Assembly (NCBI GenBank): GCA_012295275.1 | Contig: CM022669.1 | Coordinates: 13,454,001 to 13,518,000 of the forward strand | Direction of reading: 5' to 3' | DNA: 64,000 nt | Source of the DNA: Chrysomallon squamiferum | Lineage: Eukaryota; Animalia; Mollusca | Part shown: positions 27,461 to 51,011 of the stretch, piece by piece | Numbering within the stretch: position 1 is the first letter of the stretch | Layout: each line of letters begins with the position of its first letter | Notes under the pieces: model-generated | Told to the model about the DNA's origin: nothing | The model's input: the letters and a program-made list of their open reading frames with translations, nothing else | The model's database searches: none | Translations under genes and position numbers: made by a program

Positions 27461-30400
27461 GATTGATTTATTCATTTGTTACTATTATTATTATTATTTT
27501 TTTAATTTAATTAATTAAAATACCTTTTTTTTTTAATGTGCAAAGATATGTTGTTTATTTGTCTAGTTCGTTATTCTAAAAATAATTTGGACAAACATGC
27601 ATTTGCTGGAATGTTCTGTTTGTGACAGAGTTTTTAACTACTGAATTAGAATATTTGTAAATGAACAACATATAATAATTTTAACTAAGACTTTTAGCAG
27701 ATGTATATAGTTGGCATAAAAAAAATATTTAAATATAATATCTTTTTAAGAAGTAAAAAAAAAAGAGTTAAGAAAACACAGAATGTAATTTATGAATTAT
27801 TAACTATGTAAAAAAAAAATTAATCTTGAAATCAAGAATATAGACATATTCATATAGACATATTCATATACTATGACCACTAATGCAGTGATTTTTGTTT
27901 TGAATTTAGCAGTGTTAATTTTTGTTATTGTTAATCTTTATAGCTTCATTCTATGGAGAAAGCTACATTAGGCTTCCATTCCAGCAGGCCTCCGGATCAA
28001 CAGAGATCAAGCTGGAGTTCAAGACACATCGTCCACATGGCCTGCTGCTGCTGGCTGCTGGAACTGAGGACTATTTTGCTGTTGAGCTGAAGTCTGGGAT
28101 CATTGAGGTTCGAGTAAATCTAGGATCAGGAGAAGCCAAGTTTCATTCAACTCCTGGATTACGGCTAGATGATCTTCAGTGGCATACAGTGCACATTAAC
28201 CAAAGTCGTCAGACTTTCCACCTCAATGTTGACAATGTAATGATCAGCTCTCAAGAATCTCCAGGATCATTACAGGAACTTAACATTGAACATGGAATAT
28301 TTCTGGGAGGAATAGGAACATTTACAGAGGCCTTTCATGGCAATTTCAAGAACTTCCGTGGCTGTATGAAAAAAGTGTTTTTCAACCAGTATGACATTCT
28401 GAACTTGGCCAAACAGATGAATAATCCTTTAAATACATTTGAAATTTTCTGGGACTGTGATGATGAGTTTGATGCAGGGTCAGAACAACCTATCAGTTTT
28501 AAAACAGAGACATCATTTGTTGCTTTCCCTCACTTTCACATCAGATCACAAGGAACGTTTTCTTGTGATTTAATCACACACTCAGAAACTGCAGTAGTTT
28601 TATTCAATTCAGGACGACATGAGGATGTACATGACTTCATAGCTCTTGAAATTCTGGAAGGCAGGCTGAAACTATCTGTAGACAGAGGAACTGGTATTGA
28701 AACAGTTATGTCAGATGTTGTTATCAATGATGGTAGGTGGCATCAAATTGATATCTCTATTTCTGCAAGTGTCATGGAACTTAAAGTTAATTCACAAACA
28801 AAGTCAACACGCTTCAGACTTGCTGACAAAGTGTTTTTCAACTTGGCAGGACATTTGTTTATAGGTGGAGTCAGTGTGCGAGCAAGATCTCATGCAGTAA
28901 AACGAGGACTTAAAAGTCTTCAAGGAAAGAAATCAATGAAAGGTTCAATGCTGGGATGTGTTCAGAACATCGTCATAAACAAAAGAGTGTATGGCTTTAG
29001 AGAAATTCAGGTCAGTCGTTCAATTGATCCTCATTGTTCAGGCCAGTTTCCGTGTGCTTCAGATCCTTGTGTAGATGGTGCTGTGTGTTCTGAAGTGAAC
29101 AGCCAAGAATTTATATGTGTCTGTGATCAGCCAGTGTGTACAAAACAAAATTTCACTACATCTGGAGTGAATAAGAAGGACCATACCAGTGTTTTGGCAA
29201 TTAAGGAATTGCGTTTAGAAGAAGGTGCTCAGGCATTAATAAGTACAGACATAATTAATATAATTTTTGACTACAAGGCTTACAGAACGCGTGAATCATC
29301 CATTCAGTTTAAAGTTAAGGTTCCACCTCAATATGGTCGTATTGATGTTGAATTGAGGCGACGAAAACATTCTGACAGGTTCACATTGCTAGACTTAATG
29401 GGACAGAAAATATTCTACTACCATGATGGAACTGACACCATTAGTGATGATGTCACATTTGAAATGACTGTAAGACCACAAGATCCCAGTTTACCAGACA
29501 AATACCGTGGTGTTTTTGACTTTGTTGTTCCTATTGTTATTATTCCTCATGATGATTCACCAAAGCTTGTGCTGCCTTCTGGGAACTCTATAAAAGTAGC
29601 TCCAATGTCTAGACTTAAAATAACAAAACAGATTTTATCAGTAGATGACCCTGACACAAAACCATCGAGTCTGCACTTTTCTATCACGTATCACGATCCT
29701 GAAAATGGTTATTTTGCTAAAGGCAGTAAGGTTGGAGAAAGTATATCATCATTCACACAAGCAGATGTAAATTTGGGACAGATCTGGTTTGTTCATAAAG
29801 GACATTTTACTGCCTCTGTCGAAATACAGGTTTCAGATGGGTCTTCAAACAGTGACAGAATCACTTTGCAAATCATTGCTGTGAATGTCCAGATAGAGCT
29901 TAACAAAAACACTGGTATCAGAGTTTATCATGGTACTTCTAGACTTATTACTTCAAAGAACTTGACAGCATTAACTAATGTTCCAGCTCAGCAGTTGGAT
30001 ATTCGATACAGAATATTAAATGCACCAGAATATGGAGTAGTGCAGCGAAGAAAACATGAGGATGATACTTGGATTACTGTTGATTCTTTCTCACAGAGAC
30101 ATATTGATAATGGTAGACTGAGATACACTCATACTAATTTTGTTGGTTTTCCCAGTTCTGATGCATTTTCTTTTAATGCTATGGTTAAAGATACTTCTTT
30201 AGGCGAGAATACTTTTGAAATTATTTTTCTTCCAGTTTCACTGAAGACAGAACGAAATTCAATATTAACAATGAACCATGTTACCTATTCTGCCTTGACT
30301 GCTGACATCCTTCATGTAAAAGCAAACACAGATGCTGTGGATCCTAAAATGATAGTTTTTAATGTTTTAAGACTACCAAGCCATGGAGGCTTGTATATTA

Positions 30401-33400
30401 TTAAAACACCTGTTAAAGAAATTTCAGATTTTGATCAACATCAGCCTTTAAAAGTAAAAGCAAACTTCACCCAGTTTGACATCAACAGTGGAAGGGTGTT
30501 CTACAAGATACACAGACCTTCATTCAGTGTCATTGAGGATTTTGTGGATCTTAAAATTTCTTTTGTTAAATCTCAGGCTATCATGTCCCGACTTATTATT
30601 AAATATTTTCCTGAACACAGCTCTGTGAGATTTGTAAATAATGGTCTTAAAGATGTTATTGAAGGTGGAAGTAAGGTAATAGAGAAAGATGATCTCAGCT
30701 TAGAGGTGGAGAACTTTAAAAATGCACAGTTCACAGTGATGTCACCTCCAGCTCATGGATTTCTCAAGCTTATTGATCCACGCTCATCTTCTGTTTTGGA
30801 AGAAGGAGTTTCTGAATTTACAAACAACGACATCAGAGAAGGCAAACTTGTATACCAACATGATGATTCAGAAAACAAAGCTGACTCATTCACTTTCACT
30901 GCAGCTCCTATAATGGAATCCAATTCAGGTTCCTCTGAACTTCAAGAATATTCTGGAACATTTTCAATCTCCATGATAATGCGTAATGATAACCCTCCAT
31001 CAATTCTAACCAATCGTGTCTTCCATGTGGTGAAGAATAAGAAACGACCTCTCACTATTAGAGACTTAGAATTTATGGATCCAGATATTGATTTTGACAC
31101 AAATAAGTTGAAGTATTCAAGAAGAGGAATACCAAATGGAAACATAATTGATGCAGTAACTTCAAAATCTGTGTATGAATTTACCCAAAAGGATTTAGTG
31201 GATGGGAAACTGATGTTTGTTCACAAAGGTTCAGACCATGATAGAGCCGCCATGTGGGTCACTGATGGACAGTTTGTGAAGCCATTTTTGTTTGAAATTG
31301 AAGCATCTGATCCCTATGTTAAGATTATCAACAATACAGGAATTAGAGTGAAACAAGGCAGTCATGCAGAAATATCTTCATATAATCTCAGCATAGAAAC
31401 TAATGTTAACACTAAATTGGCATCAGTAAATTTTGTTATGACTGAGGAGCCTCTTAGTGGACATCTGAGGATTCGTGGAAAGGAAGTTTCTGAGTTCACC
31501 TTAGTTGACATTAATGAAGGTGTTATCCGCTATTGGCATGATGGTAGTAATAATCTTGAGGACAAGTTTAAATTTGCTGTCATTGTCGAAGGAGCTCAGA
31601 CTAATGGAATTTTTCCTATTGTTATATATCATGAAAGTGAATTACATCCACCACAGATAGTGCATAACAAGATCTTGGAAATTCCTGAAGCTTCTCATGC
31701 TAAAATTCTCAGTAGCCATTTGCAAATTACCCATCCTTCAGCAACACCTGAGAATATTATTTTTACTATTACAACGTTGCCTACTGGTGGAATTTTAAGG
31801 GTAAGAAACAGAGAGCTAAAGGGAGATGCAACTCCGACTTTTACTCAGAGTGATATCAATCATGAATTGATAGAATATGTTCAAAATGTTCCTGGTGTGT
31901 TAACAGATCATTTTGTCTTTGATGTCAGTAACGGGTATCAGAGCTTACTGAATCTGCAGTTCTACATTGAAATTATACCCACTTCTTTGCCAATGGCTGT
32001 TCAAAATTTCACAGTTTCTGAAGGTGGACAAATTGCAGTTACAAAGGAGATACTGTCACTGAAAGGCAGACATTTCAAAAACAAGAAAGTTATTTTTGAA
32101 ATACGCCATGGTCCTTCTCATGGCTGGTTTGAATCCTCTGATAATAAAGGTGCTCATTTACTGAGATTCACATCTGAAGACATTGCTGCCACAAAAAAGA
32201 TTTTCTACCATCATAACGGTGATGAAAGTCTTGAAGACCAGTTTTCTGTTGTTGCTGTACTACATGACAAGACCAAACGGAGTCAGCCCCAGATTGTTTA
32301 TGTTTCTGTTACACCAGTGAATGACCAGCCTCCCCGGGTTGTTCTCAATACAGGTCTGTCTGTGTGGAAAGGGTCAATAACTGAGTTGACCAATCAAAGC
32401 TTGCTGGCTCAAGATGCAGACTCCATTGCTGACCAGATAACATTCAGAATTTCCAGCCCAACCAATGGCCATTTTGCTTTTCTTCAGAATACCTTTAAAG
32501 CAATCAGTTCTTTTACCCAGGAACAGGTCAATGCTGGTCTTGTGGTCTTTGTTCATACAGGTAAGATAATTAACTGTAGATTCCTTACTAAATGTTTTTT
32601 TTTTTTTTTTTTTTCTCTCATATTATGGCATTCAGTTCATTATATATACATATAAAAATTAACAGTTACTGATTAGTATATTCTTTTTTATATATGTATA
32701 AAATTGCAATTCAAGATTTTAATCTTTGTTTTTCTGTTTTTTTCTAGACATTGAATTTAATACATTTATTTTGGTCATTATGCTTTTAGGTGAAGGAGAC
32801 GGCACATTAAACTTTCAGGCCACTGATGGAACTAACAATGATATTCTTCGGTTATTCACAATAACTGCCAAACCACTAATCCTTACTCTGAAGAAAAACC
32901 AGCAGCTAAAGGTGTTTCCCAACACTCTGCAGCCAATACTTCCAGATAATCTGCTGGCAGTTACCAGTGACCAAAACCTCACAAAACCAATTGTGTACAC
33001 AATCGAGAGGAAACCCAGGAAAGGTAGAATTGTTACACTGATGGAAGGTCAGCCTCTGGAAATAACTTCATTCAACCAGAGAGAAGTAACAGAAGGAAAA
33101 ATTTTCTACCAGCATGAGAATTACATCCCAAATTGGTCTGTATCTGACAATTTTTTCTTTGAAATTTCCACAGCTTATGCAGAACCACTGAAAGACGAAA
33201 TGTTGGACATTCAGATTTCTTATGGCAACATCAATAAAGGAAATATGGACACTCTAGTGAGAGTCAAGTCTCTTGTGGTGAACGAGGGTAAAGAGATTTC
33301 ACTGAAACAGGAGAATCTGGATATTTCAGAACTGCAATACAGACTGGAGCAGTATGGCCGAGGTGTGACGGTGCAGTATGTTTTGATTAGCCTGCCACTA

Positions 33401-35344
33401 CATGGTAAAATAGAACAAGATGGATTCGTCATGAGGGAAAATGATACATTCAGCCAAACTAGAATAGACAGTGGTTTGATAAGATATCTGCATGATGATA
33501 CAGACACAACTAGAGATTATTTCAAGTTTGCTTTAAAAATTCAGCAGCCAACAGGAGTTTCTCAGCTCAGTTTTGTATCTAATTTCACAATAGTTATTCA
33601 GCCTGTGAATGACGAGAAATTCACCCTTGTGACAAAGAATCCTTCTGTTCGTGTTATACAGGGCAGTGTAACAAATATTACTAGCAGAGAGTTAAAAACT
33701 ACAGACCCAGACACCACCCCAGATGGAATCATATATCATATTGTAACAGGACCAGACATAGGAAAGTTAGTGTTCAAAGATTATCCAGAGGTTCAGGTCA
33801 AACGGTTTACCCAACAAGATATAGACACAGGACAGCTTATATTTATCCATGACGGAACTCGTGAATCTGGTGAATTTTACTTCAAAGTTTCTGATGGAGC
33901 ATTCAGACCTTATTACAAGATATTCAACATTTATGTGATTCCAATTACAGCCAGTATCATAATGAACAAACCAGTGGAGCTTAAACAGTCACAATCTTCA
34001 GTTTATATCACAGACGAATCACTTAATATATCAACTAACACAGAAAGAGGAAACATTTGGTACAATATCACCAGACAACCTCAGTTTGGAGAGATTTATT
34101 ACGAGGAAGGTCCAGTGAGATATTTTTCACAGGCAGACATTGATAATGAGCTTATCCTTTACATTCAGAGAGATATGACAGCTGGATCGGATTACTTTGT
34201 TTGCGATCTTTATGCTAAAGGTATTCAAGTTCTTTCTACAGCACAGCTTATTAATATAACGGTTAAACCTCTTGTCAAACAGAGATCTCTACAGGCTCCA
34301 GTAGGTTCCTATTCTGCAATAACAAAATACACTCTGGATGCAACAGAACTGGCAAGCATCACAAGAGACAATCCAGTTTATGAAATCACACAGAAACCAA
34401 AGTATGGAAAAATAATGAAAATAAATCGAGGGCGTCGATCAGTTGATGCCAGTGCTGATTTGACAGAGGTTAGTTCATTCACTCATGAAGATATTGTATA
34501 TACCAAAATACAATACAAAGCCGAGGTCCAACAAAGTGATGTGTCACAGGATGGCTTCAGATACATCCTAAAAGCCAAAGGGGTACAGCCAGCAGCAGGT
34601 ATGTTGGTTATATCTCTTCAGCCGCCTGATAACAACTTACCTTCATATCCACCTGTGTTTGTTCCTCATTCATCCACCACCAAACCAGTAAAACCAAAGG
34701 AGGACCCAGACAGCAAAGACAAGACTGACAGCTTTCAGGGAAAGTCAACAGCTGACAGTAATGAACCTGGTGTTAAAAAGGCTAGTACTGATTCTGATAC
34801 TAACAACGATTCTATTATTATAGCTATTGTTATTGGTGTCATTGTAGTTGTTGTTATCGTCCTTGTCATTGTCATAATAGTGCTGAAACGACGGAGACGA
34901 CAGAATGTTATCCGAGAGGAGGCCAAATCGCGAACGAAACCCAGACCGTTTATAAGTGGTCCTCTTCAGCTTGAACAGCCACACGTGCACATAGAGCCTC
35001 AGCTTGAAGGTGAAGACAACACAGCTCTGATTGTTAGAAACTCTAACATCCCAATCATCAGTGTTTCCAACGTTGGAGACAAACCCGACAAGTTCACTTC
35101 AGCAGCACCTCGATCACCTGATCTGAGTAGGCAGGAGGTGAGTAAAGTTGTCCCCAACTGCACAGTCACACCACTGATCGAAGTGTCAGAACCAGGCACA
35201 CCTGGCCTCCAAGAACCAGACAGTGCAAAGTCTAACACCAGTGCTGATGTGTTTGATTTCGACTGGAATGAAATGGATCCAGATTTGTTACAGCATTGTC
35301 GGACAACTACTCCAGTATTAAGGAAAAACCAGTATTGGGTTTAG
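23991..35344 (+). CDS. CSPG4: Chondroitin sulfate proteoglycan 4 (NG2 / kon-tiki / perdido-like), about 2412 aa; coding exons 23991-24057, 27944-32560, 32790-35344
   Basis: Exon 1 encodes the signal peptide MWSRIGPSVLVFISSFFVYVHA with donor CAG|GTAAGA (phase 1). It joins TTTATAG|CTTCATTC to give ASFYGESYI, compared with the mature human NG2 start ASFFGENH. Then two laminin-G domains, an EGF-like Cys cluster, many CSPG/cadherin-like repeats (FTQxDI...YxHDG...DxFxF), TM IIIAIVIGVIVVVVIVLVIVIIVL followed by KRRRR, and C-terminal QYWV. Intron 2 (32561-32789) is GT-AG, phase 1. Total CDS is 7239 nt, divisible by 3. Confidence 0.95.
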
Positions 35345-36946
35345 ACTGTGTTTGCCTGTTGCTTTTATATATGTATGACTATATATATATATTACAAAGC
35401 AAAAGATATTATTATGCATGGAATGCAATGAACTTATTTTTTATACATTCTTTTTTCTTCTTGTTTTCTTCTGGATTTTTAATATCTAGACAGTATTTGT
35501 AAAGTTAATTTAATTACTGGTAGCAACTAGGTAATTAAAATAATTATGTAGAATTTTTCACTCCCATTTTTTTTTTTATAAATGTATGTGAATTTATAAA
35601 AAAAAATAATAACAATAATAAAAAAATATATATCATTATTATCTAGATTACCTTTATTTTAGATACATAATGTAATTTATCTGAATTTCTGAAAATATTT
35701 CAAATTGTTAGAAACTACTCACATTATAACCATGTTACCTTCATATTTACAGATGAATAAAAAATACACATCTAATGTAACACAGATTTTAATGTGCTCA
35801 AACAGAACTTATTTGTGTACATCATCCATTATCCAAAGAAATGCAGCTATATTTTACACTGTACACAACATCAAAATATTTACTGTTAATTGAAAAACAA
35901 TGTTAGTATATTGTTCATTTCACTATAATTAAGCTTAAAAAATAAAAAATACAAAAATACAAAAATAAATACAAAATAAAAAAGTAATAAAAATATATAA
36001 TTCATCTTTTATATTTACCTTTAATTGTGTGGGTATTTTTTTTTGTTTTTTTGTTGTTGTTTTTTAATTATTATATAGTTATTAAACATTTTAAAAGGGA
36101 AATTTTCATACATTTTCTTTCCCTTTTTGGATCATTTTCATTTTACATCAGTATTTATAGTGTACACTTATGATGAAATTTAGTTTAGAGAATATATTAA
36201 ATTTATCTTAGTGTAAACAGAGGGCAAACGGATGCAAAATATATGAAACCAAAGCTGATGTAATCAAATGAGTGATGATAAACAAGAATTTAAAGACTAT
36301 TACAAAAATGTTTAAAAATAATTATGATAAAGTATTATTTTTGAATTGAAAATTTTTATAAATGCTAATCAGTTCAGAACTCAAGCTCTATAAATGTTTC
36401 AATAATTATTGACTTGAACAAAATAATTGGAAACTCTTTTCTTGAAACAGTTTTATTTGTATTGAGAATAATGTAAAATGCCTAGATTGATAAAAAAAAA
36501 ATGTAAGGAGAAATTACAAGGTCTATGCATATAGTAAAAATAATAGCATTGTATCAAAATTTTAAACGTTAGTAATGAAATACATATCTATATTTGTATG
36601 AGATAACATGACAGTGCTTATATAGTTCTATTAAATTATTTATGACTATTTGTCTTCCGTTTAAAAAGATGACCTAATAATGAGAAAAAATTTACCAAAA
36701 TAAATTAATTTAAAAAACCCCATAAAAACTGTATTTACCAAATCATGATTAAAGTAAATTTGTTAAAAGATATTATATACGAAAATTAAATGAAATTTCA
36801 GACAAAGGATAATTAGTATATTCAGAAAAAAATATGTATCTGTGTGTGTGTGTGTGTTAGTGCACGCGTGCATGCATGTGTGTGAATATGTAAAGACAGT
36901 GTTCTTCAGTTACCACATGCTGTATTTATTAACTCTCCATACCACT

Positions 36947-37031
36947 AAAAGAGAATGTTTGACCATATTTTAATTTTTAGACATATTTTAATCTTGTTAT
37001 TGCTTGTAAGCAACGTTTTGTTCAGTATCAT
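36947..37031 (+). repeat. Dispersed repeat of about 85 bp, copy 1 (copy 2 at 41317-41405)
   Basis: Shares an identical 31-nt core TTTTAGACATATTTTAATCTTGTTATTGCTT and similar flanks with 41317-41405. Confidence 0.75.
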
Positions 37032-38863
37032 TTGTGGCTTAAAAAACAAAGAAAACAAGAAACTATTTTGCTCTGTGGTGTTCTTTATTGATAGCTTTAT
37101 TTTATATCCTTAGTGTTTCATTTGTTATAAGCATAATTATATTAGTGTACATACCATATACATGTCACATTTACCATCATTTTCTTTTAATCATCTACAC
37201 GAATATGGTGTTTTTAATATGCAATTTCTATTTTTATTTATTCTTGCTGTTAATTCTACTTAAACAATTATATATATACATATAATTTAGTTTCTTGCCA
37301 TTATTTTATTTGTTGTTGTTGCTTGCCACTGTAATATACTTGAGTGCTCATTCATTAGTTTGATAATGTGTAATGTTATTACCAGTTCAAAACCATACTG
37401 TTGTTATCTTATAGAAATTTTCATGCAGACTTTGTTAAACATGAAGATATGTGTTTCAGCCCCAAGGCATTTTGCTAATAAGGCCATTTCAAATGTTCTG
37501 TGTTGTATATCAACTCCAAAAGAAGAGGAAAAAAAAAAAATACAAATAAAAAAATTACAGAAAATAAAACATTTAATAAAAATGAACCTTTTGAAAAATT
37601 ATGATTTGATTTCATATAAATACTTTTGATATTTATTATCAGTTATTGTCACATAATGCATTTAACATGAGTTCATTTTTTACATTTTGTATACTGCATT
37701 TGCAAGTTGACACAAACCTTGACACATAAAATGTTCAAGGCATTATGATGAATTGTATGGATTTATGAAACTGTATTTTGAAAAGAATTATATTGCATGC
37801 TCAACAAATGTTAGATATCGATTTTCTTCTTCATGTAACTTATACACAGTGTCCTTCAAATCACCTCTTTCATTATCATTGTATATTTTACCTGAAAAAT
37901 ATAGTTAAATTGTCAGTGTTGTGTCATTTGGCACTGCTGTTTCTTCATGCATTAACTGTATATATATATTACATTTTCAAATAGTTAGAAAAATTAAATA
38001 TATCACATTATATACACATATATTAAATTATATACCCATTCAAGTAATATTTAAAAACATAAACATTGGATAACATTTATCATTTTTATTAGTAAGTTTA
38101 TCATGCTTTGATGTCTTTTAATACTTTAATTAATTAGTAAGGTTGATTTAATAATACATTGTTGGATTTATATAATCATATTAAATGAACAGTTCTTCTG
38201 TACTGTTAATGTTAGTTTTATATTCAGTTTTTATTAGTCATTTTATTATTCTTTTTTACTATATCTTTTACTGAAATTGTTATATTAACTTTGATTTTCT
38301 ATGCAGTGATAAATTGGGGAACAATAATTATATTTAAAATAAAATATATTTTTTTTAATCTGAAAACTTAGCAATAAAAAGGAATTTTAAAACAATAAAT
38401 TCAAATAAAATAAATAATAGAATAAAATCATTTAAAATAAATTCTGCAAATGCTATATTGTATCAAATTTTAATAATTCTGTCTGAATATATATATATAA
38501 TTCTTTTTCTTTAAAAACATTCTTTTGTACTAATTGTTTTTGTAAAATTTATATTTAAAAAAACAAAAACAAAAACAAAAAAACTGTTCTATTTGTACAG
38601 CACTTAAATATTTTACACTATTTTTTTATTTTTATTATTAATGGTATGTCTATATTTAACCATAATATATATATATTCACTTTCTTAGAAATCATATTTA
38701 AGAAAGATCAATTCTTTGTATGTTCTATTATCACTGTTTTGTAAATTATATTTTTGTTAGTGACCGTGCAATATTACTATCAGGTAGTTGTGTAAACACA
38801 CACATATATGTAGTTACTGCATAATTTGACTTGTTAATGATGTGCTACATTGACTTTTATTGA

Positions 38864-38906
<43 letters not shown>

Positions 38907-39974
38907 CCTCAGTTTGTGTGAATTTCTCTCACATTGTTTGTCATAATGCCGGTGTGCTGTAGGCAGTTTTGCTAATAAACAATGAAGTACTTTTTGTTGG
39001 ATTTTTCTTTTTCAAGTGATTTATGGTTTGATAGAGGACAAATACATACACTCATAGAACGCAGACGTGCATAATAACAGGCACATACATTGTGTTAACT
39101 AATAATAATGAATTAATATTTCTTTATAATTTAGCTAAATACAAAGAAAATAATATTCACTTTTATTATTTTTGTATATCAAATATAATTATAACTTTTA
39201 TGTATGATGTTATGTGCGAAAGAAACCCTGCTGTTTTCAGTTTTGGATTCTGTTGTGAACAGCTGCAGTTGTTTAAATGCGTCATTGCAACGACCTTTGA
39301 CACATCATGGTCGATGTTGAGTGGGAAGGGACTTAACCCGAGTTCACTTAAAACTCCTATTGTCATCGTAATGCTTTCCAAGACGTACAACTGTGTTGTG
39401 AATTATGAAAAATAAAAGAATTTACCATGGGCGTAAGGAGAGTTTTGTTTTGTTTTGTTTTTCCTTTGAAATTTTACACAGATGAAGACAGAAGCACCAC
39501 ATTCGAAAGTAGTATCTAGCGACAACACAGAGCACAAGCGACAAACTATACAACGTGCAACTTAAAAAATATTTACTTTTTGCTTTGATCAACTTATCCC
39601 CATTAAATTTTGGAGGGCAGTCCAAAAATAGACTTTAATGTAATAAGAAAAATCGAGATTACAGACATTCTAACCTGTCTGCATTCCATTCTTATCTTGA
39701 TAAGGAACGTTTAATAAACATGATGCGTATGTCGCTGGCATGTATTCACACGAATCACAGTATTCTGTATTGTCTTCTTTTTTTTTTTGGTGTTGTTTGG
39801 TTATAATTTAAATCTTTTAATGCAACTAGATGCATCTTCGAATCAATTTTTAATAGATGAATAAAAATAATTACAGGATAAATTTCCAGGTCAGCTCTAT
39901 ACTTTATATATATCAATGTAACGATAAGCTTAACGACCATTTACGAGGTAGGTCTTGGCAGGAATCGGCTAATG

Positions 39975-40070
39975 CCGACTAATTCCGGAACCTTTCGAAA
40001 TCGTACCATATAATTATTTCCGATGTAAACTTAAATACCGGAAGTAAAGTGCGCGTTCATAGCAACTCGT
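39975..40070 (+). promoter_or_regulatory. Putative FAM227B promoter with ETS sites and an RFX X-box-like motif
   Basis: CpG-rich patch in otherwise CpG-poor DNA, about 300 bp upstream of the ATG. Contains ACCGGAAGT (40037-40045), TTCCGGAA (about 39984) and GTTCATAGCAAC (40055-40066). Confidence 0.55.
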
Positions 40071-40353
40071 TAGCGTTTCCGTAATTTGTGTGTAACAGAT
40101 ATACAGACTACATTATTTTAACAGTTATAGCATAGTTAAATTTGTAATACATCGTACACTATGCACTCCTAATTGCAATTACTTTAGTTTACAAATTTTA
40201 TTTTATTCACTTACAAACCATATTTAGTCCAAAAAATTATTCATTATGATTATGTTTCCGTGCTGAAAGTATATCATTTTTCCAACGAAACTGAGAATTA
40301 ATAATTATTTAAATAATTAATCTTCATAATCACAGTAATTACACTTATTAATA

Positions 40354-49153
<8,800 letters not shown>

Positions 49154-49572
49154 TAATATTCTCCTAAAAGATGTTTTGGACTTTTTTATTATTTGTATTT
49201 CTCTTCTTGGATTTTAAAAATAAAATAACAAAAAATTTCCTGAACCATCTTATTTGTTACGTCACTTGTTAGTGAAATTTTAAGCACAAAGCTTAAGGTG
49301 TAAAAAAAAAAAAAAAATTCTCATTGTATTTCCTCTATGTGTTTACCTTTATTTTTAAATTAATTTTTACGTATTTTTTTTTATTTCATTTCATTATATT
49401 ATTTCTTAAATTAATTTTATTATTATTATTAGTAGTAGTAGTAGTATTTTATGTGTTATTATTATTTTAAAGGAAAGAAAATGTTGTTATTAATGTAAAC
49501 TTTACTCATCATCCAAATCTGGGAACTGTGAATTTACTTTTTCCATTATTTATTGTTGTTATTATACAGAAG

Positions 49573-49609
<37 letters not shown>

Positions 49610-51011
49610 ATAATAATATTTTTGTTTTTATGATTTTTTTTATTAATAAATAGTAAATGTTAATTAATTTCAAATAAAATACTCTGTATTTTCTCTTATG
49701 TAATGCTTTAAGCAAATTTCTGTTTAATTTTCTTTTATAATATTAAACTGAAATTAATTTATGTTATCCAAAAATTAACTATAAATTGATTCATTTACTT
49801 TTGAATTGTTAATATTATTATAACATTACAAAAACAAAAGTGAGAACAAGTCAACTAGGATGAGATTTGTTTTAATTAATTTTTTTTTAAATTATTATTA
49901 TTTGTTAACATTATTATTCATTTCAGTAAGAAGAAAATTATATAACAGTTTCTATATAATATATACTTCTGCAGAAAATTTTTTTTTTTTTTTTTTTTTT
50001 AAATCACTATATTTGGAAATCAATAAATCTTTCTATGTCCACTGGTTCTGGCTGCATCTTGGCTAGCCTTGTCTGCAACAGTTATGAGACATAATTAAAG
50101 GCTTGTTGTCTCTTTGATTCAAACCAGTTAATTTGAATTTTTTTTTTTGAAGTGTCCTTATGCACGTAATTGTTTTGCTGTCTTTTTTGGGGAGATGACA
50201 GAGAGGGAACTGATATATGCACTCTTTTCTGTTTTTGTTTAATACTTTTGATATTATTTACCATGGTGAACAGATGTTGAGATTATATTTCAAAATAATT
50301 CTACACTATAATATTATTCACTTTAAATAAATCATGGATGCTTTGTGTTCAGTTTTTTCATATAATTATTATGTAAATATTTAACTTTTTCAAGAAGTAC
50401 TCAGTGCTTTCCCCATGTACATGTAAAATTTTAAAACCAATATTTTTTTTTTTTTTCTAGAAACATCTTAAGATTATTAAACTAAGTATAAAGTAAATTT
50501 ATTCTGTATTTAATACCAATTCAAAATAATGTTTAAAATAACTTTATTCAGCAAAATTTTATTACAACGTTTTTAATAAAATAATATAAGCTGACATCAC
50601 CTGTTTTGGCCCAACAACTAAATACCCAATCAAAAAACAGTAACCTCTTTTTAAAATGAAAAAAGCCCCTCATGTAGTGTAACAAAATTCATTTTACCAC
50701 AGATTACCCAAATTCAGTATTATTTGTTCACAAATGCTAAAATTACAAATAAATGCCCATGTCAAATCACTGACTAGATGATTACCTTCACCTCTAAGGA
50801 ATTAATAATCAAACAAACCAATCTAAAATAAAATTCAGTTGATTCTGTTTAACATTTGAAATTAGGAATGTAATGCAGGGACTCAACATAAAGTTAACTC
50901 TCTGAACATAAAATACATCAATGTGATAGTATGCGAACAGATAACAGAAACAAAGTCTGTTCTAAGTATTTAAGCACATCACTGCCTTAATAAGTTCACC
51001 ATCTTTCTTCC

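Noticed and set aside
27922-27943. ORF-track start MLLLIFI for the 1577-aa ORF
   Set aside because: This is intronic sequence before the acceptor at 27942-27943. The real N-terminus comes from exon 23991-24057.
32561-32789. Treating the 1577-aa and 872-aa ORFs as two genes or a frameshifted pseudogene
   Set aside because: A canonical phase-1 GT-AG intron joins them into one CSPG4.
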